The position numbers were made by a program, and so were the translations under genes. A DNA stretch of 64,000 nucleotides from the NCBI RefSeq assembly GCF_000150275.1, contig NW_002060943.1:7696066-7760065 (forward strand). The letters run 5' to 3'. The notes beneath the pieces were generated by a model, which saw only the letters and a program-made list of their open reading frames with translations, was not told the DNA's origin and did not search any database. The stretch comes from Trichoplax adhaerens (lineage: Eukaryota > Animalia > Placozoa). Of this stretch, positions 41,871 to 55,756 are shown one piece after another; within the stretch, counting starts at the first letter, position 1, and each line of letters starts with the position of its first letter.

Positions 41871-42539
41871 AGTGACGGAATGTAACCAGTCTTGATCGTC
41901 AATAGTGAGTTATAAATGCGAGTAAAAACCAAACGATGATGAGCATTCATTAACTCGTTCAAGTTTCTCAATATAATCAAAAAATCTCATCGTCTGGCAC
42001 AAAGGTAGAAATGGATCAACTGCATGGTCCTACTACTCCCTTAATATTCAAAAATGACAACTACCCTAACCCGAACATTAGCAGTGTACACTGTAGTTGT
42101 CATTTGAAATCTACTGGTCAAAATTGAGCAGTCGATAATACTACACACTACTGAGTGCAGACCTCTGCTTAGTCTGCTGTATTGTACTGTACAGACCGGT
42201 ATTACCACGCGACTGTATACTGTACACTGTCTAGTTTTACAGCGACTGATAGTTTGTATTCGAGACTTGAAAGAAATAGAATTATTCAATACTGCGATAA
42301 AAAGGAATCAAAATATCAAGAGCCAATTGCTCAAGGTTGTACTGATCTGTCTGCATGGCATTGGAGCCAAATAGAAAGTCCATTTCTTCACAATTGAAAG
42401 ACATAATTTAAAGCAACACTATCGCTGAACATCTTTCAACCATTTTACACTACTGTACAGTACAGTACAGGGTGCGCCACGCCCCTGTGGTAGAGGTCTT
42501 AGCCTATCGCGAAACGCTGGTGCACAGTCAGAGGTCAGA

Positions 42540-43028
42540 GAAGCTTTTTTTTCCTGTACAGTACTTCTAGTCTGTGTTTGACTGTAAGGAAGTACTGTAC
42601 ACTGTACGTTGTACTCTGAATTTCAAAGACTCCGTCCATACTGTACTGTACTGTACTAACCCTAACCCTAACCCTAACCTGAACCCTAATGTACGTACTG
42701 TACAGTATAAAATACAAAAGAATCGACGCACTGAATCCAGCTTGACTCATTGTCATTACTGTAAACTACAGTAGTACCAGTACTGAAGCTTTTTTTTCCT
42801 GTACAGTACTTCTAGTCTGTGTTTGACTGTAAGGAAGTACTGTACACTGTACGTTGTACTCTGAATTTCAAAGACTCCGTCCATACTGTACTGTACTGTA
42901 CTAACCCTAACCCTAACCCTAACCTGAACCCTAATGTACGTACTGTACAGTATAAAATACAAAAGAATCGACGCACTGAATCCAGCTTGACTCATTGTCA
43001 TTACTGTAAACTACAGTAGTACCAGTAC
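42540..43028. repeat. Exact tandem duplication, 2 x 245 bp
   Basis: 42540-42784 is repeated at 42785-43028; the duplicated ORFs in the track are also offset by 245. Confidence 0.95.
42656..42689. repeat. Short interstitial telomere-type (CCCTAA)n tract; second copy at 42901-42934
   Basis: CTAACCCTAACCCTAACCCTAACCTGAACCCTAA. Confidence 0.85.
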
Positions 43029-45006
43029 CGTCATTGAGCTTCCCCTATAATAATCAAATCCTTGATCAAAATTTGTAAATTTGAACATTATCATCTGCTT
43101 TGCTAGTCAGCTCAAAGATGCAATCAGTGTTGAGGTTACGTACTGCTGTGCGACTTGGTCGAAATCTTACAAGGGGTACGTAAAAGAGATATTGCATTTC
43201 TGTAATTTGTTGCTTGTGTGATTTTGAAGATTGCGTTCAGTGTTTACTGGACCATAAGCCTACATTTTGCAAAAGAAAAGTCTGCATACTGTATATTTAT
43301 TGTAACCGGGTAAACGAGGACCTACTTTGCACAATTATATTTTGAATTGTATTTTTGGGTTTCTGTTGTCATCCCTGTGATACCTCCTTATTCATGATTG
43401 AGTGTTGAGCGGTCATCAGAAATAAACGGACTGATTCAGTACCTCTTCGACCTGCTTCTATGACGCGATGTTGCAGTGAACGCACGTTTACCAACACTAG
43501 CCATCACGCAAAATATAAAAATACCAGTGTACTGATCGTTTAAGTTTCTTTTACAGTACTACGATCGATTAATACCTCAGTAAGGTTTCAGCTTTACATA
43601 TCAAATATTTGTAAAGATTCCTATATGACCCATAGCAGAGCTACTGTAAAGTAGAGATCAACACTATGTCAATCAAGGAGTGCACTACCGCCGTCATTTG
43701 CTGTACACTTAAGTATCATCCTAATCACTATCGCAATTTCCTTATCTTACTGTTTTGTTATACCGAATGACATACTGTCCTGTATAGTATACTGTACAGT
43801 GTATAGCACGCCACTACTTCGGTCGACAGGACGATAATAGATCTATCTGCCGCCTTACAGAAGATTATAATAATTAGTGTTTTATGGAAATGTTGATTCC
43901 GATTATATTCAGTTTCTTGTAGGCTATATATACGATATGCTGTATACAGTTTGTGCACTGCGTTTTCAGTAATATTAATCTTTGTAAGCTTGTGCGGTTT
44001 GAGCTACCATTCAATATTCCAATATTTTTATTCTATGCAGTCAAATCGATCAGTACTGTTTGTGCGAGTTATCAGATCGCTGTTAGTAGTCCTACGCATA
44101 TCGGTATCAGCTTTATCAATTTTACGACTTTTATGGACGATATCGAGAACTCCCTTAAGGTATGACTTCTGCCTAATTTCCAGAAGGAAGTCGCGGCTGA
44201 CCGATGATTGGCCCGCATAAAAAGGATAGTACAGTACAGTACAGTGTGCTCTATCGATTTTTCCTAGCTTTTGACATTGATCAGCTTTTTTGAATGTTAC
44301 TGTATCAGTTAGGCTATTAGCTCTATCGTCGACAATTATTTATACAGTACAGCATTTCAATTGAAATATACCTGCTACCTAGTACGACTGGTACGACCTG
44401 GGTTCAAGCAGAATATAAAAATAGTGTAGAATAAATTACAATAATAAATTGGTAAAAGATGTTTCTTTGATTGGTCCTTCTTTTGCGATTGGTCAATACC
44501 CTCAGCTGAGTGTCTGACGTATCGAACGTACTCTAGTCAATGGTGTGAGAACAATACACAACCAGATGGAAACGAGTGTGCATACAGTGTACTGTATTAT
44601 AGAGTACTGCACTTTGTATTCAACTCTTTGACCCTTGATAATTAATGACCTATGTAAATTGATCCTGGAAATAAAATTCACTACAATTATTTCGCAATCA
44701 ACCTACTGTACACGTCTTTCAGAATTCAGCGATGATTGCTGTCAAGTTGGTGTTATAAATAGTAAATAATAATAAATAATAAATGATAATATTGTATGTA
44801 CCAAGTAAAATAGATATAACAGGCACTAATTCTAATACAGGATGATATCGTTTGCAATTGAAATATTGGCTAGAATAGAATTGCACCTTGACTGCTACAT
44901 ATAAAGCGTTTGGGTGTAAAAGAATCAACGCTGGAAATTGATATTTTATTTATGAGAATATATACAAAGCCAATAGCTAAGGTATAGTCATGTTCCAATT
45001 TTATAG

Positions 45007-47551
45007 GTAGACAACAGGCCCTAAGTAGCCAAATCTCAGCAACTGGCCAAGGTGCACGTCGTCTTCCTGTCATTATTGGTACAGCGGTCGGATTGTGCGC
45101 TGGCGGTCTATTGTATGAATACAATCGCAGAAAATGCTCAAGCGTAACCTACGCTGCTACAACTGAAAATCATCAAAACTCGGTAAGAAGATGACTACAG
45201 CTACGCTCCGTTATCCATATTAGTGCTATATTCACTCAATTAAAAAGTATAAATACTAGCATTAGAGAATTTTTTCAAAATTGGAGTTACATACTAAGTT
45301 TGTATACCATCTTACTCGTATATGCAGCTTGACCTCGTAACACTCGTATATGTAACACTCGTATACCTACAGTATAACTGTAATACACTGTACGTGTATA
45401 TAGACTGTGAGTTGTGATTCAGTTCTTGTGGAATACCAACAATTGAGCAGTTATTTACTCTCTAGGCATCATCAGTTGATAGATATTGTGTAATCTACTC
45501 GTATGTGGTCACTAATTTTGCGGTAGCTGTTGCTACATTATCTCAACTATAATTCTAATTCGTTATTTTAGATTGAGTCAAGTAATTATGAAAGAAATAG
45601 CCAACCAATCATACTGTACTGTAGTGTACAATGTACATGTAAGATTGATTGCTTTTCAATACTCTTTTTGTAGGTTATCAGTTTGACAAAAGAACATGCG
45701 TTATATTTATGGATTCATGTTAAAGGAACTGCTGATCCTAAAGCGTGCGCAAAAGTTGCTGCAAATGTTCAAAAGTATGTCGACGGTATAATTCCTCCTA
45801 AAGAAGCCGATGAAAATGATGAAATATGGGCTGGCGTTGCTTTCGGACCAAGTTTCTATGCCAGGGTATTGCTGCCTTTGCGGTTTTTAATATTGTTCTA
45901 ATTTACAAAACTTAAATACTGTACTTATAAATCTCTGCATAAATGAAAGATATTAGCTGTTATTCGATATCAAACATAGAGCACTTCCATTCATTGTATT
46001 AATGTAGACATGACAGTAATCAAAATCTTTATTACACAGTGCGGAGGTACTGTACATGAAAATTACGACTACCCTCACCGATCTGGTAAAAATGGGGACC
46101 TACCAAGCACAGGTTTTTATTTTATAATTTCAGCCAAAAATTTTTATTGGTACCATATCATCGATTCATATTTTCTTGAAAGTATAACTGAACACTTAAC
46201 TTATAATTATTATGTCTGCAAAGATACTCTTACATTAATTATTGCATGTGCGTATATAATTTTTTGGCGTTTTATTTAGGTGGAGATATTTTTGTACATG
46301 CCAAGAGTAACAGTAGAGGAGGTCTTTACGAGCTAGCACAGGCGGTATTGAAAAATTTACCGGAAGGCTCGGTTGAAAATGTTGAAGAAGTATACGGATT
46401 TGTTTACAAGAATGGCAGGGACTTATCTGGTTTCATTGATGGTAAGACTTGCGTACCCAGTGTGGTAGATATGCAGACTTATACTAATAGTCCCATACAA
46501 ACTATGCGATTGACAAAATCGAAGAAAATAGTTTTTTCTGCAGCAATGATCTTCTAGAATACATTGTAATAGCTATGTTGCAGTATATGAGAAAATACGT
46601 ATATATACGATATCTTAATGCATTGCAATATATATATTAAAGCTAATATAACTCGTCAATTTAATCGAATAACCCTAACCCTAATACTTCTAAATAACTT
46701 TCATATCTGTAAATTCTTTAGTTATAGTCAGTCAATTTTGTTAAAACATTGACAAATAGTTTCTGCTGGAACACTGCACTTACGTACTAAACCATCTTAA
46801 TTTCTAAATCTCAAGGAACTGAAAATCCAGCGGATGACGAAAGCCGTACAGAAGTCGCTATCAACAAGGAAACAGGCGGAAGTTATCTTGTATATATATA
46901 TTCATAATTATAATTACCTATATTAATATAGAAGATTAATTACTGCCCCCTAGTTTATACTCAAAGTTAAGCATTCTTATTTCACATTAATACTCTGTCT
47001 TGCGTAGCATGTTACCGTTTGCACAAAATTCTCACATTTAATTTATTGCATGGGATAGATCACTCAACGTTGGATACACAAATTTAATGTTATCAATAAT
47101 ACGAAAGGTTAGCATCCTAACGTGTAGATTATAAGGCATTGTTGATACCACAGTAAGAGTTGCTCACATTTACTTATTGTTAATAATTTTGATATATTAA
47201 CTAGTGAGTACAATGGAAAATTGGGTTGGCCGTAATATAGATGATAGCACTGAACAAAGACGAAAATCAGTAACATCGCATGTTGCTCGGATGACCAATG
47301 GCTCACAGTTTAACGCAGCTAAACCTTACCAGATTGTCCGCCAATCTCAACCTTACGGATTGAGCTCAAAAGAATCCGGACTCTTCTTTATAGCTTATGC
47401 TGCATCTCCGAAAAATTTTGAATATATGTTAGGGCGCATGGTTGGTGAAGGCCGAGACAATTTATCTGATGATATTATGTTGCTTACCAAATGTGTTACT
47501 GGAACTTATTGGTACGCACCTTCCTTGTCCGAATTAGCCAAACTAAAGTGA
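45007..47551 (+). CDS. DyP-type (YfeX-like) heme peroxidase, multi-exon; first exon and ATG not located
   Basis: Spliced motifs HALYLWI, GVAFGP, GDIFVHAKS, RDLSGFIDG|TENP (GXXDG), GGSYL|ITQRWIH, SHVARM (proximal His), IVRQSQPYG (distal Arg), GLFFIAYA, VTGTYWYAPS. Confidence 0.9.
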
Positions 47552-49021
47552 AGCTTTTAGGTTTAATTACAGTCACATTAGCTATCTATAGTGCGTGCAG
47601 ACGCAGCATTATAAAGAAATTCAGCCATTTAGGATTCCTTACATCTTTGATAAAGTAGAGTAAACACTTTTATAGGAAGCTTTTTTTGGTAATGCTATCG
47701 TAACCATTTGTTAGCGCTATTTCTGAAAGTTATTGCTCAAAGTAGAATAAACCTTTAAAAAAAAAAATTTGGGGGACGATTTTGACTCAATTATGCCTTG
47801 GCTAGATAGGAAAATAAATTGCTGGTATTATGGACTAATCTGAGTGAATATACTGTATCGTCTAATTGAATATAGGCGTACACGTATAGTGCAACTCATA
47901 CACTTCACTAAGTATTGTTAAAATTTTAACTCAAATGCGAAACGTTCACGTGCGATAATGTGATTAAACCGATAATACAGCACAGACAAAAATATTTATC
48001 ATAATTTATTAATATAATACAGTATATTACGAGGCATTCGATGTTTTAAATGGCAAAGGGCCTTTATCAATAGCAGTGAATAACATTTGTGCAGATAAAA
48101 GAATGGTAGGAAGTACATAATTATCTATAAATAGGTAAAAATATAGCGGTTAATGTGCCATTCCTTGCATAAAAATAGAAATTAATAGTAAAAAATTTTA
48201 AATTTTACTGGCCATTACAATAATTTTCTGTCAACAATAATATATGCACTGTACTATATATATATATATACTCGTATATATCTAGTAGTTCTGGCATCAA
48301 TTTTCATTTTTTAGATTTCAACCCTCGCGTGATAGATTTTCTTTAAGCTTGAAATGGTTAACAAGAGCTGTCATGAATTTCTTGACGTAATCATACTTTG
48401 CATGGTATAGAAAGTGAAAAGGTTGCCATTTACTTCATGGTACCAATTTTATCATTACTATGTGATGAAGGATTAGGTACTGCTAGCATTCTTAGCTATA
48501 AATGGTTTATCTTGGTTCAGCAGTTCCGATGTTTTGCCTACCATTATGAACAATAAATGAAAGCAATATTAAAATGTAGTGCTATGGTAGCGTACAGTTT
48601 ATATAATTATTAAATGTTTATAAAATAGATCCCGAACCATTAAATTATCTTGTCAATACTACTCGAGATAGGCGATATCAAAGATTTGATTATGTAACCT
48701 ATATCAAGTAATATCCACTGCCTCGCGTAATGTGTTCGTTGTGCTACGAAATAGGTTATCTAGCAGCTATAATCGCCGGAGTGTTACAGTACAGGTCGAC
48801 GGGTTATAAAGAGTAGTTCTGATAGATAACTTCGCTACGTTGGAAATTGCTGACAAAGTCATCCAGACACTACAAAGGTCGCTATCATCAAAGCAGATTC
48901 TATGTAGGATTACTATTGGTGATAATCACTGCAATCATAGCGCATCCTCCATAATTTATTTATACGCTGATAATACTTCATTATATTTAGGCGTCATTAT
49001 CTCAGCTTAATTTATCGATGT

Positions 49022-52000
49022 TTACCTTTTTTTCTTCAAACCTTTTAACCTGGATGTAGAATTTTTAACAAAACCTTTCTTCCTTCTTAGAAATGCATCC
49101 TGTAAAGTAACTTCTTTTGCGTTAGTGTCTCCCTCTTCGTGGCTACTGGGCTCAGAGGTGGCATCCCAGGGTGTATCTTTTTCTTGTAAAAATTTCCGAA
49201 AAGGCTGCATATCATTATATTCGTTTAACATGATACTATAATCAGCATCATCAACTTCATTCGTTGTGAACTCAGTGTTGTTATTTTCCGCATGTTCATA
49301 TTCCAGATGTTGAGTCTGCTTTGCAGGTTCGCTTTCTTCACCAGGCCAATCGCCATAAATTATCAATGGTCGCTCTTCTAAATTCTCATTTTTAGCTAAC
49401 AGCGTACTGCTTGATTCGTCTGTATGTACATCAGAGCTATAATTGTTCTTAGAATTATTTGACAATACTTTTGCAGTAGATCCTTCAGCAGTTTGATTGT
49501 CTTCTACCATTTTTGTAGTATTTGTTGAAATAGCATTGCGACTTACATTTGTGTCAGCAGGATCTAGGCTATTTAAAGGGTAGGAGGAAAACACACCGCC
49601 AAATGAAATTTGAATATCAGTCAAAGCGTCTGTATTTAGATTTTCTCGTAGGTGTTTCGTTGACGCATGCTCAGACTCTGAGCTTGGGCTAGTTTCACTT
49701 GACATTGTATAGGAACTAAGTCTTGCTTCTGGCTCAAGTTGTAAATCGGCATTCAAATCCTCTATTTTCTCTGAAAGTTCTTGCAATTGCGGTTGTTGGT
49801 GCTGATTGTCATCTAAAGTGGTACCATTTTCATTGTTGGCATTATAAGCGGATATTATTTGCATTGCTGGTGAAGATAGGTTACCGTCGTTCGATAGTTT
49901 ATTTAAATTATCTATCATTATTTCTTTGTTTTTTATTTTACTATCGTCATCAAGGGCGTCAAGTGAAAAATGACCACCTAAATCAGATTCCTCTTCTTCC
50001 TCTGGAACAGGGGATAACATGAAGCCATAGTTATCGCTAGTGATATCCTGACTTGTACTGGAGGGATTGTGGTGTTTTATGTTTATTTCGTGCCTGTAGG
50101 TAGAATTTAATTCTTCTCCAAGTCTTTGAAGCTGAATTTTATTATCACTATCATTCACATTATTGCGATCCGATAAATTGACGTTGTTATAATAATTGGA
50201 TATATTATCATTTGCTAATGGCACAGCAGGATCGAGCAACGGCTCATGTTCATTAACTGCATCTTCGACGATAAATTCATCAAACCATGCTTTCGATGAG
50301 TCTGTCTGTTTTTTGCTTTCAACATCATTTCTAAGGTTGCCATCAGCTACAACATTTTTGTCCCTTAATCCTTTTTCTTGGTTGTACAAAAGGCGCTGAT
50401 GTTCTAGCTGATATTTTAAATCTTCGAGTTCCTTCTTCTCAGTAAATAGCTTAGCTTCTAACTCTGCGATGTTACTCGATCTTGCAGTTACAGAATTATT
50501 CAACGGAATTCGATCGGAACCTAGTATTTTATACCGTCCATTCGTGACGCTGCTATTCAATATACTTTCTTGGTACTGTTTCACTTTGTCACTAGTAATT
50601 ACTAGGCTACTATTTTCTCTTTCAATATCGTTACAAGTAGTATCTGTAACGCTTGAAATAATAGCGCCTCCTATGTCATCTACATCAGAATTCTTCTTTT
50701 GCTCTAATAGCTTCTGTTGTGCCCACTGCCTTTGATCTTCCTTAATATCTGTTTCTACCTGACTGTCAGGTTTATTCGTTTCAAGCAATTTTTCTCGTGC
50801 ATGAAATCTTTGTTGCTGCAAACTGTCGCTTTCATCTTGCGTAATTTGCCTAAGACCAGAAATGATTTCGGAATCTCGCTCTTGTTCTTGCAGCAATTTC
50901 TGTCGTGCCCACAGTTGCTGTTGTTCTTCGATATCTTTCTGTAGTTGCCTTTGCTGCTGTTCCAACGCAAGATTACGAGATTGTATTTCTAAAAGTTTCT
51001 TTTGTAAATCTTCCTGCGCTTGCTCTTGCTTTTCAATAGTCAAGGTACCTGATTCAGGCTTTTTATCTTGCATAGACAGCCTATCAATCTTAATCTTATA
51101 ATCGGACTCAGCTATGAAATAAGAAATTTTAATTTAGCAAGTAAATACGGGTATAGCAAAGTCTCCATGTTTAATTAATCATCATTATTAATCCTTTATC
51201 ATACTTTTGTCATCTTCAGTAGACTCTTCAATACCCTCTTCGGCGTCGTCAGCACTTCCAGTAATGACTGCAGCGTCTCTTTTGATTTCATTAAGCCTTT
51301 CAGTTTCTTCGGTGATTTCAGTTTTTGGTTTACTAGGGTATACTGGTGAGGAGTGTGTGTTTTCATTCTCAGGATCTGTGTTTCTAGATATATTTCTACA
51401 GTACATAGTAAGTAACGTTATTTATCAAAATAAATTTTTTCACTTACTCTAACTTTTACACCAAAATCCTTTACATTATATCATAATATCGATTAATAAG
51501 TAAGCTATAAGTTGCAGGTTACGTAACAAACTCTTAACGTGCCTATTTTGAATATTTTCCGATGGGATATTTTCCGTTGACTTTGCTATAGTAAGTTCAA
51601 AGTTGTTAAAATTAAAATCGAAACGTAAATTAGCGCGATAATTATACGCTACAGTTGAGAATAATTTTACATTTAATAATAATGATAATAATCTAGCGTA
51701 AATTTTTTCCGAAAACAACTTGCAGCAGTTGATTATATTATATTAATGTGTATAGCTTACTCTTGGAGTCGATACTGCTTAGTGATTCTCTTTGAAGACG
51801 AATTTTTTCTAGTAGCTTTTTCATTGGATCGGTTTGATCCACTATCAAGAAACGAAGTAAAAACTTAATTATTAATGCTGTTAAAACTGTCGCGGTAACA
51901 ATTATAAATTATTTTGGCTTCTGATACAGAGCTAAGTTTAATTATCGTACGCCACATTACGCAAATATTTTATAAACTAAATTACACTTCACACACTTTC

Positions 52001-55000
52001 AGTATTTTCCTTCAAGTCACACATCTCGTTCTCATTGATTTCTTGTGTATCCTCACTATCCTGCCTAGAACAGCCTGAATTATCATTTTGCTGTAAAACA
52101 TTAAAACAATACAAAAATGATCTGGTTGAGAATAGTTTCTCCACTTACAAGTCTGCTGTTAGTGATACGATTATAATTATAAATTAACAACTGCATTTTA
52201 GCTAAAATTAAATGCCACACATTAATACCTGTAAGTCATTTTCAACGTGTTCTTTATCTAAGGTAAAAGAAAAGAGAATTTTTTTTTATTGTTTAAAGCA
52301 ACGCTGTTTGCGATTGATAAACTTTTTATTGCATTGAGACAAATTGATACCTACCAAGATTCTCACTGATTGAAGAATCAGACTTAAATTTCGATAGTAA
52401 GCGATCGTCTCCTAAATCTACGAATAATTTTGCCACTGGTTAACAAAAGATATGGTATACTAACAGCTAATAGTCCGTAACAAGAGTGTTTAATTACCAA
52501 TGTCTGCAGAAAACAGATCTTCAAATTGCTCTTCTAATTTTGCTTGCTTATCTGCATCATCTTCAATCTTATGATTTAAAGGTTGAAATATATTGACCTA
52601 TAATGATAAATTACGGAAAGTATCATCCTGTACATAGACTATTATATAACAGTTATATTCGAGAATATACATATTAACATGCTTACAGGTAAATTCGAGA
52701 CAGCATTTTGTCTTCTTTGTCTATCCAAGAGATCATATTCTTGCAGCTCTGATATTAGGTCGTCGTAATCCTAGCCATACAAGTAGATTTTAAACGGCTA
52801 TACGTAATGTAGCTTTATCATGATTTTTATCATATGTCATTCCTCATTGTACCTGCTGTAAAAGTACTTTCGTTCTAGCACTATGATATCGCAGTCGTGC
52901 TTTCTCATTGTATTCGTGTCGAGCTTTCTCTTTTTCCTAAATTTACAAATACACATATGATTGAAAATATTTCTTGGGAGACAGCATATAGTAATTTTAA
53001 ATAAATCGTACTTTCTTTAGGAGCTCCATTCGTGTACTTTCCAGTTCAGCAGCACGCATTGCATTTTCCTAAGTGGCCATTAGTAAAAATCAATTCGTTA
53101 ACTTGGGACAATGTCTTTTTAGTATATACCCATATCTATATCGATCGAAATAGTTCTTATGGTGTACCTGGTCAGGGTTAAATGTTTCTCTTTCAATGTA
53201 ACGTTCAGGCAGATGATAACGTGTTGAGGCATAGCCCTGTACGTTAGTCAATTGTACACTGTTTCCTAAGCAAAAGAACCTGTTTGATTAAAACTTCAAA
53301 ATAGATGTAATAAGTCTGTAATTATGGGTAAAATTAATTACCTTTAGAGTGTGCAGTCAGATTCTAGATGCGAAACAATTCAGAGTCAGTGCATGCAGTA
53401 TAAAGATTAATAGAATGGCAATTACGAGTACGTTAAGGTGATGTTCAAATAGTACCCATACTGATTAAATATATATTACGTATATACGAAAATATGGCAT
53501 ACCAAAATTAGCTCAGACGTAGCAGGCTCTATCTTTTTCATCGAATCAGCCAGTTGACGCTGCTTTTCAACGATTCCTTTTCTAAAAGGTTTTAAAATTT
53601 TTACGGTTGTAAGTATCAACCGGTAATGGAATCATAAAATTTTTGAACATTTTATTTTTCATACATACTTGGCTTCAGAACGTCGAGATTCTTCTTCTGC
53701 AGTAGATGTTTTAATTTCTTGTATCTAATCGCAATTATTGTATGAACGATACATTTAATATAAAGCCTTTCTGGCAGGGATAGTAAAAATTTGCTCTTGA
53801 ATTACCTGTTGAAGCGCTTTTTTGTGCCTAATTAATGCCCTATATTGTATGTTAATAACGCATTTGGGGTATATTAGGTAAAAAGTAATTTATCGCCATA
53901 AAAGATTGAATTACGTATCAGAGAAAGCAGTATATCTTGACTTTAAGACTGATTGTCATACCGAGCCTTTGCATCAGATGAAACTTGCTTCGGTTCAGCT
54001 GTTACCACCTAATTTAATAAAATCTATGTTAGCAAAGCATTTAATTCACTACATAAATTATACTATTCTTGATGTTAAAAATTTGTTTTTGTAATTTCGT
54101 GACATTAGAAAAAAATGGATATGTAATGAGGATTAATATATACGGCTGCATAACATACGTAGTATAGCATATTGTCAGCAATTCTTTAATGTCTGTTAGT
54201 ATAATAGCTAAGCATAAAAGTAACTTATCAATTATCGAGCGTTTTACCTGAGTAGCCATGTTATGTCCATGACCTACGTTACTTAAACTATTTTGATATG
54301 TACGCTTTATTATATGTAGTTTCACGTCTTGTTCTTTCTGATATTTGGCCTAGAAATCAGTAGTAATGCCAAGACAACGTTAAGACATCATTTTTGCAAG
54401 ATATTTCTTATTAAATATTCTGTACACAGTATTGCGATAGAGCAGAAGTCACATGAAGTGATCCTAAATCTAAATATAATTGCAGCTTTGTCATCACTGT
54501 GTAGAGGCCTTCAAATTGTATAATATATACTGGCACAATCCGCAGTTATCTTTAGCAAAGTGTATAGCAAAAAGAAAAATACTACCTGTACTAGAAATCG
54601 ACTGCAGTATTACAGTTTTACTAAAAGGTATTTCGGTGCAAAAATGCAGTCATTAGTGGAAAAGAATAGTAAGCCAATTTTTAAGCTATTAAGGAGATAT
54701 TTTAAATTTTTGCTTACTTGTAAAATTTATTACTAATCCTGTCGGTAATACCACTAGCTAATACTGTAGATTAACATTGAACAGTCTGCCTGTATACTTT
54801 CATTACAGTACTGTACTGTATAATATATATCGTATACTCGTAGTTTAGCAAAAGTACAGTTCAGTAAGTGGATAATGTAATCGTAGCGCATTTATTAGTA
54901 GTATCTCGTAAAAGATGGTATAAAATTGTCGAGAAATACAATGCATTATTGCAAGTATGATACTATAAATACGCTATTAATGAAGTAACCTGTATATGTT

Positions 55001-55756
55001 TTGTTATCAGTTCAATTTCATTATCACGCCGTTCTTGAAACTTTTTTCTTAACTGAGAAGCAATTCTTTTCTCTTGTTGGCGTACCTAAAATGAATCCTA
55101 GTTAGCAATGCCGTCATGATGAAACGGAGACACTATGTAATATCAATGATTCGATGTGAGAGGCGGTATAACAACTGTAAAGTAGTTTTCCTTCATGTCA
55201 TTATGAAATTAGATTGATCTGTAAACTACATGAAAAGAGAATCAATCCGGTTTAGCTGTTGTCTAATTAGATAGAGCGGCAACCGTTTTGCCATTATGGA
55301 GATTCTACGCAATTTGGTTGCATTTGGTGATTGATTGAAAATGATACACCTACGTATCCTGTAGTAAGTCGTACCTGAATTAAGCGTAGTTTTCGTCTTC
55401 GCTCCCGTTCGGCTTTTTGGTGTTCAGCCTAGTCAATAGGATTATAATTAATAAGCAATTGAGTTATTTATGTTGATTAGCTATGAATGTCAATTTGTCT
55501 TGGAATACAGTAATACCATTACTACAGTATAGACGTCAGCGCAAATTGTACAGTATTATTGTATTTTTTTTTTGAAGGCAATTTCGAATACTACTACTAC
55601 AGATTGACAATGATAAGACAATCCTCCATATAGGATATTTCTGAATGAATAAGTTAAGACATAAACAAGTTTAAATATCCATGGAGTACTCTTACAGCCT
55701 AATTGATAGCTTACCTCTTGAATATGATTGATATATTTCTCATTGGATTTGGTCAT
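49022..55756 (-). CDS. CEP295: CEP295/Ana1-like centriolar protein; start and extreme C-terminal exons uncertain
   Basis: N-terminal ERERRRKLRLIQ|VRQQEKRIASQLR, YQNSLSNVGHGH, RHKKAL, DRQRRQNAVSNLP..LEEQFEDLF match the CEP295 N-terminal region; ~2.1-kb low-complexity exon 51111-49026 ends in the ALMS-motif start TLQDAFLRRKKGFVKNSTSR. Confidence 0.8.

Noticed and set aside
42470-42552. tRNA or Pol III RNA (8-bp stem followed by T8)
   Set aside because: No cloverleaf or B-box; the GC content is explained by Sp/KLF and TCGCGA promoter motifs, and the T-run belongs to the duplicated block.
42656-42934. Telomerase RNA template
   Set aside because: There are more than three repeats rather than about 1.5, the tract is duplicated, and no pseudoknot or H/ACA domain is recognisable.
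45007-47551. DyP gene as bacterial contamination or endosymbiont sequence
   Set aside because: It has multiple GT-AG introns, host-like composition and is contiguous with animal genes.
49723-51452. Plus-strand ORFs overlapping the large CEP295 exon
   Set aside because: Antisense shadows of a low-complexity coding exon.
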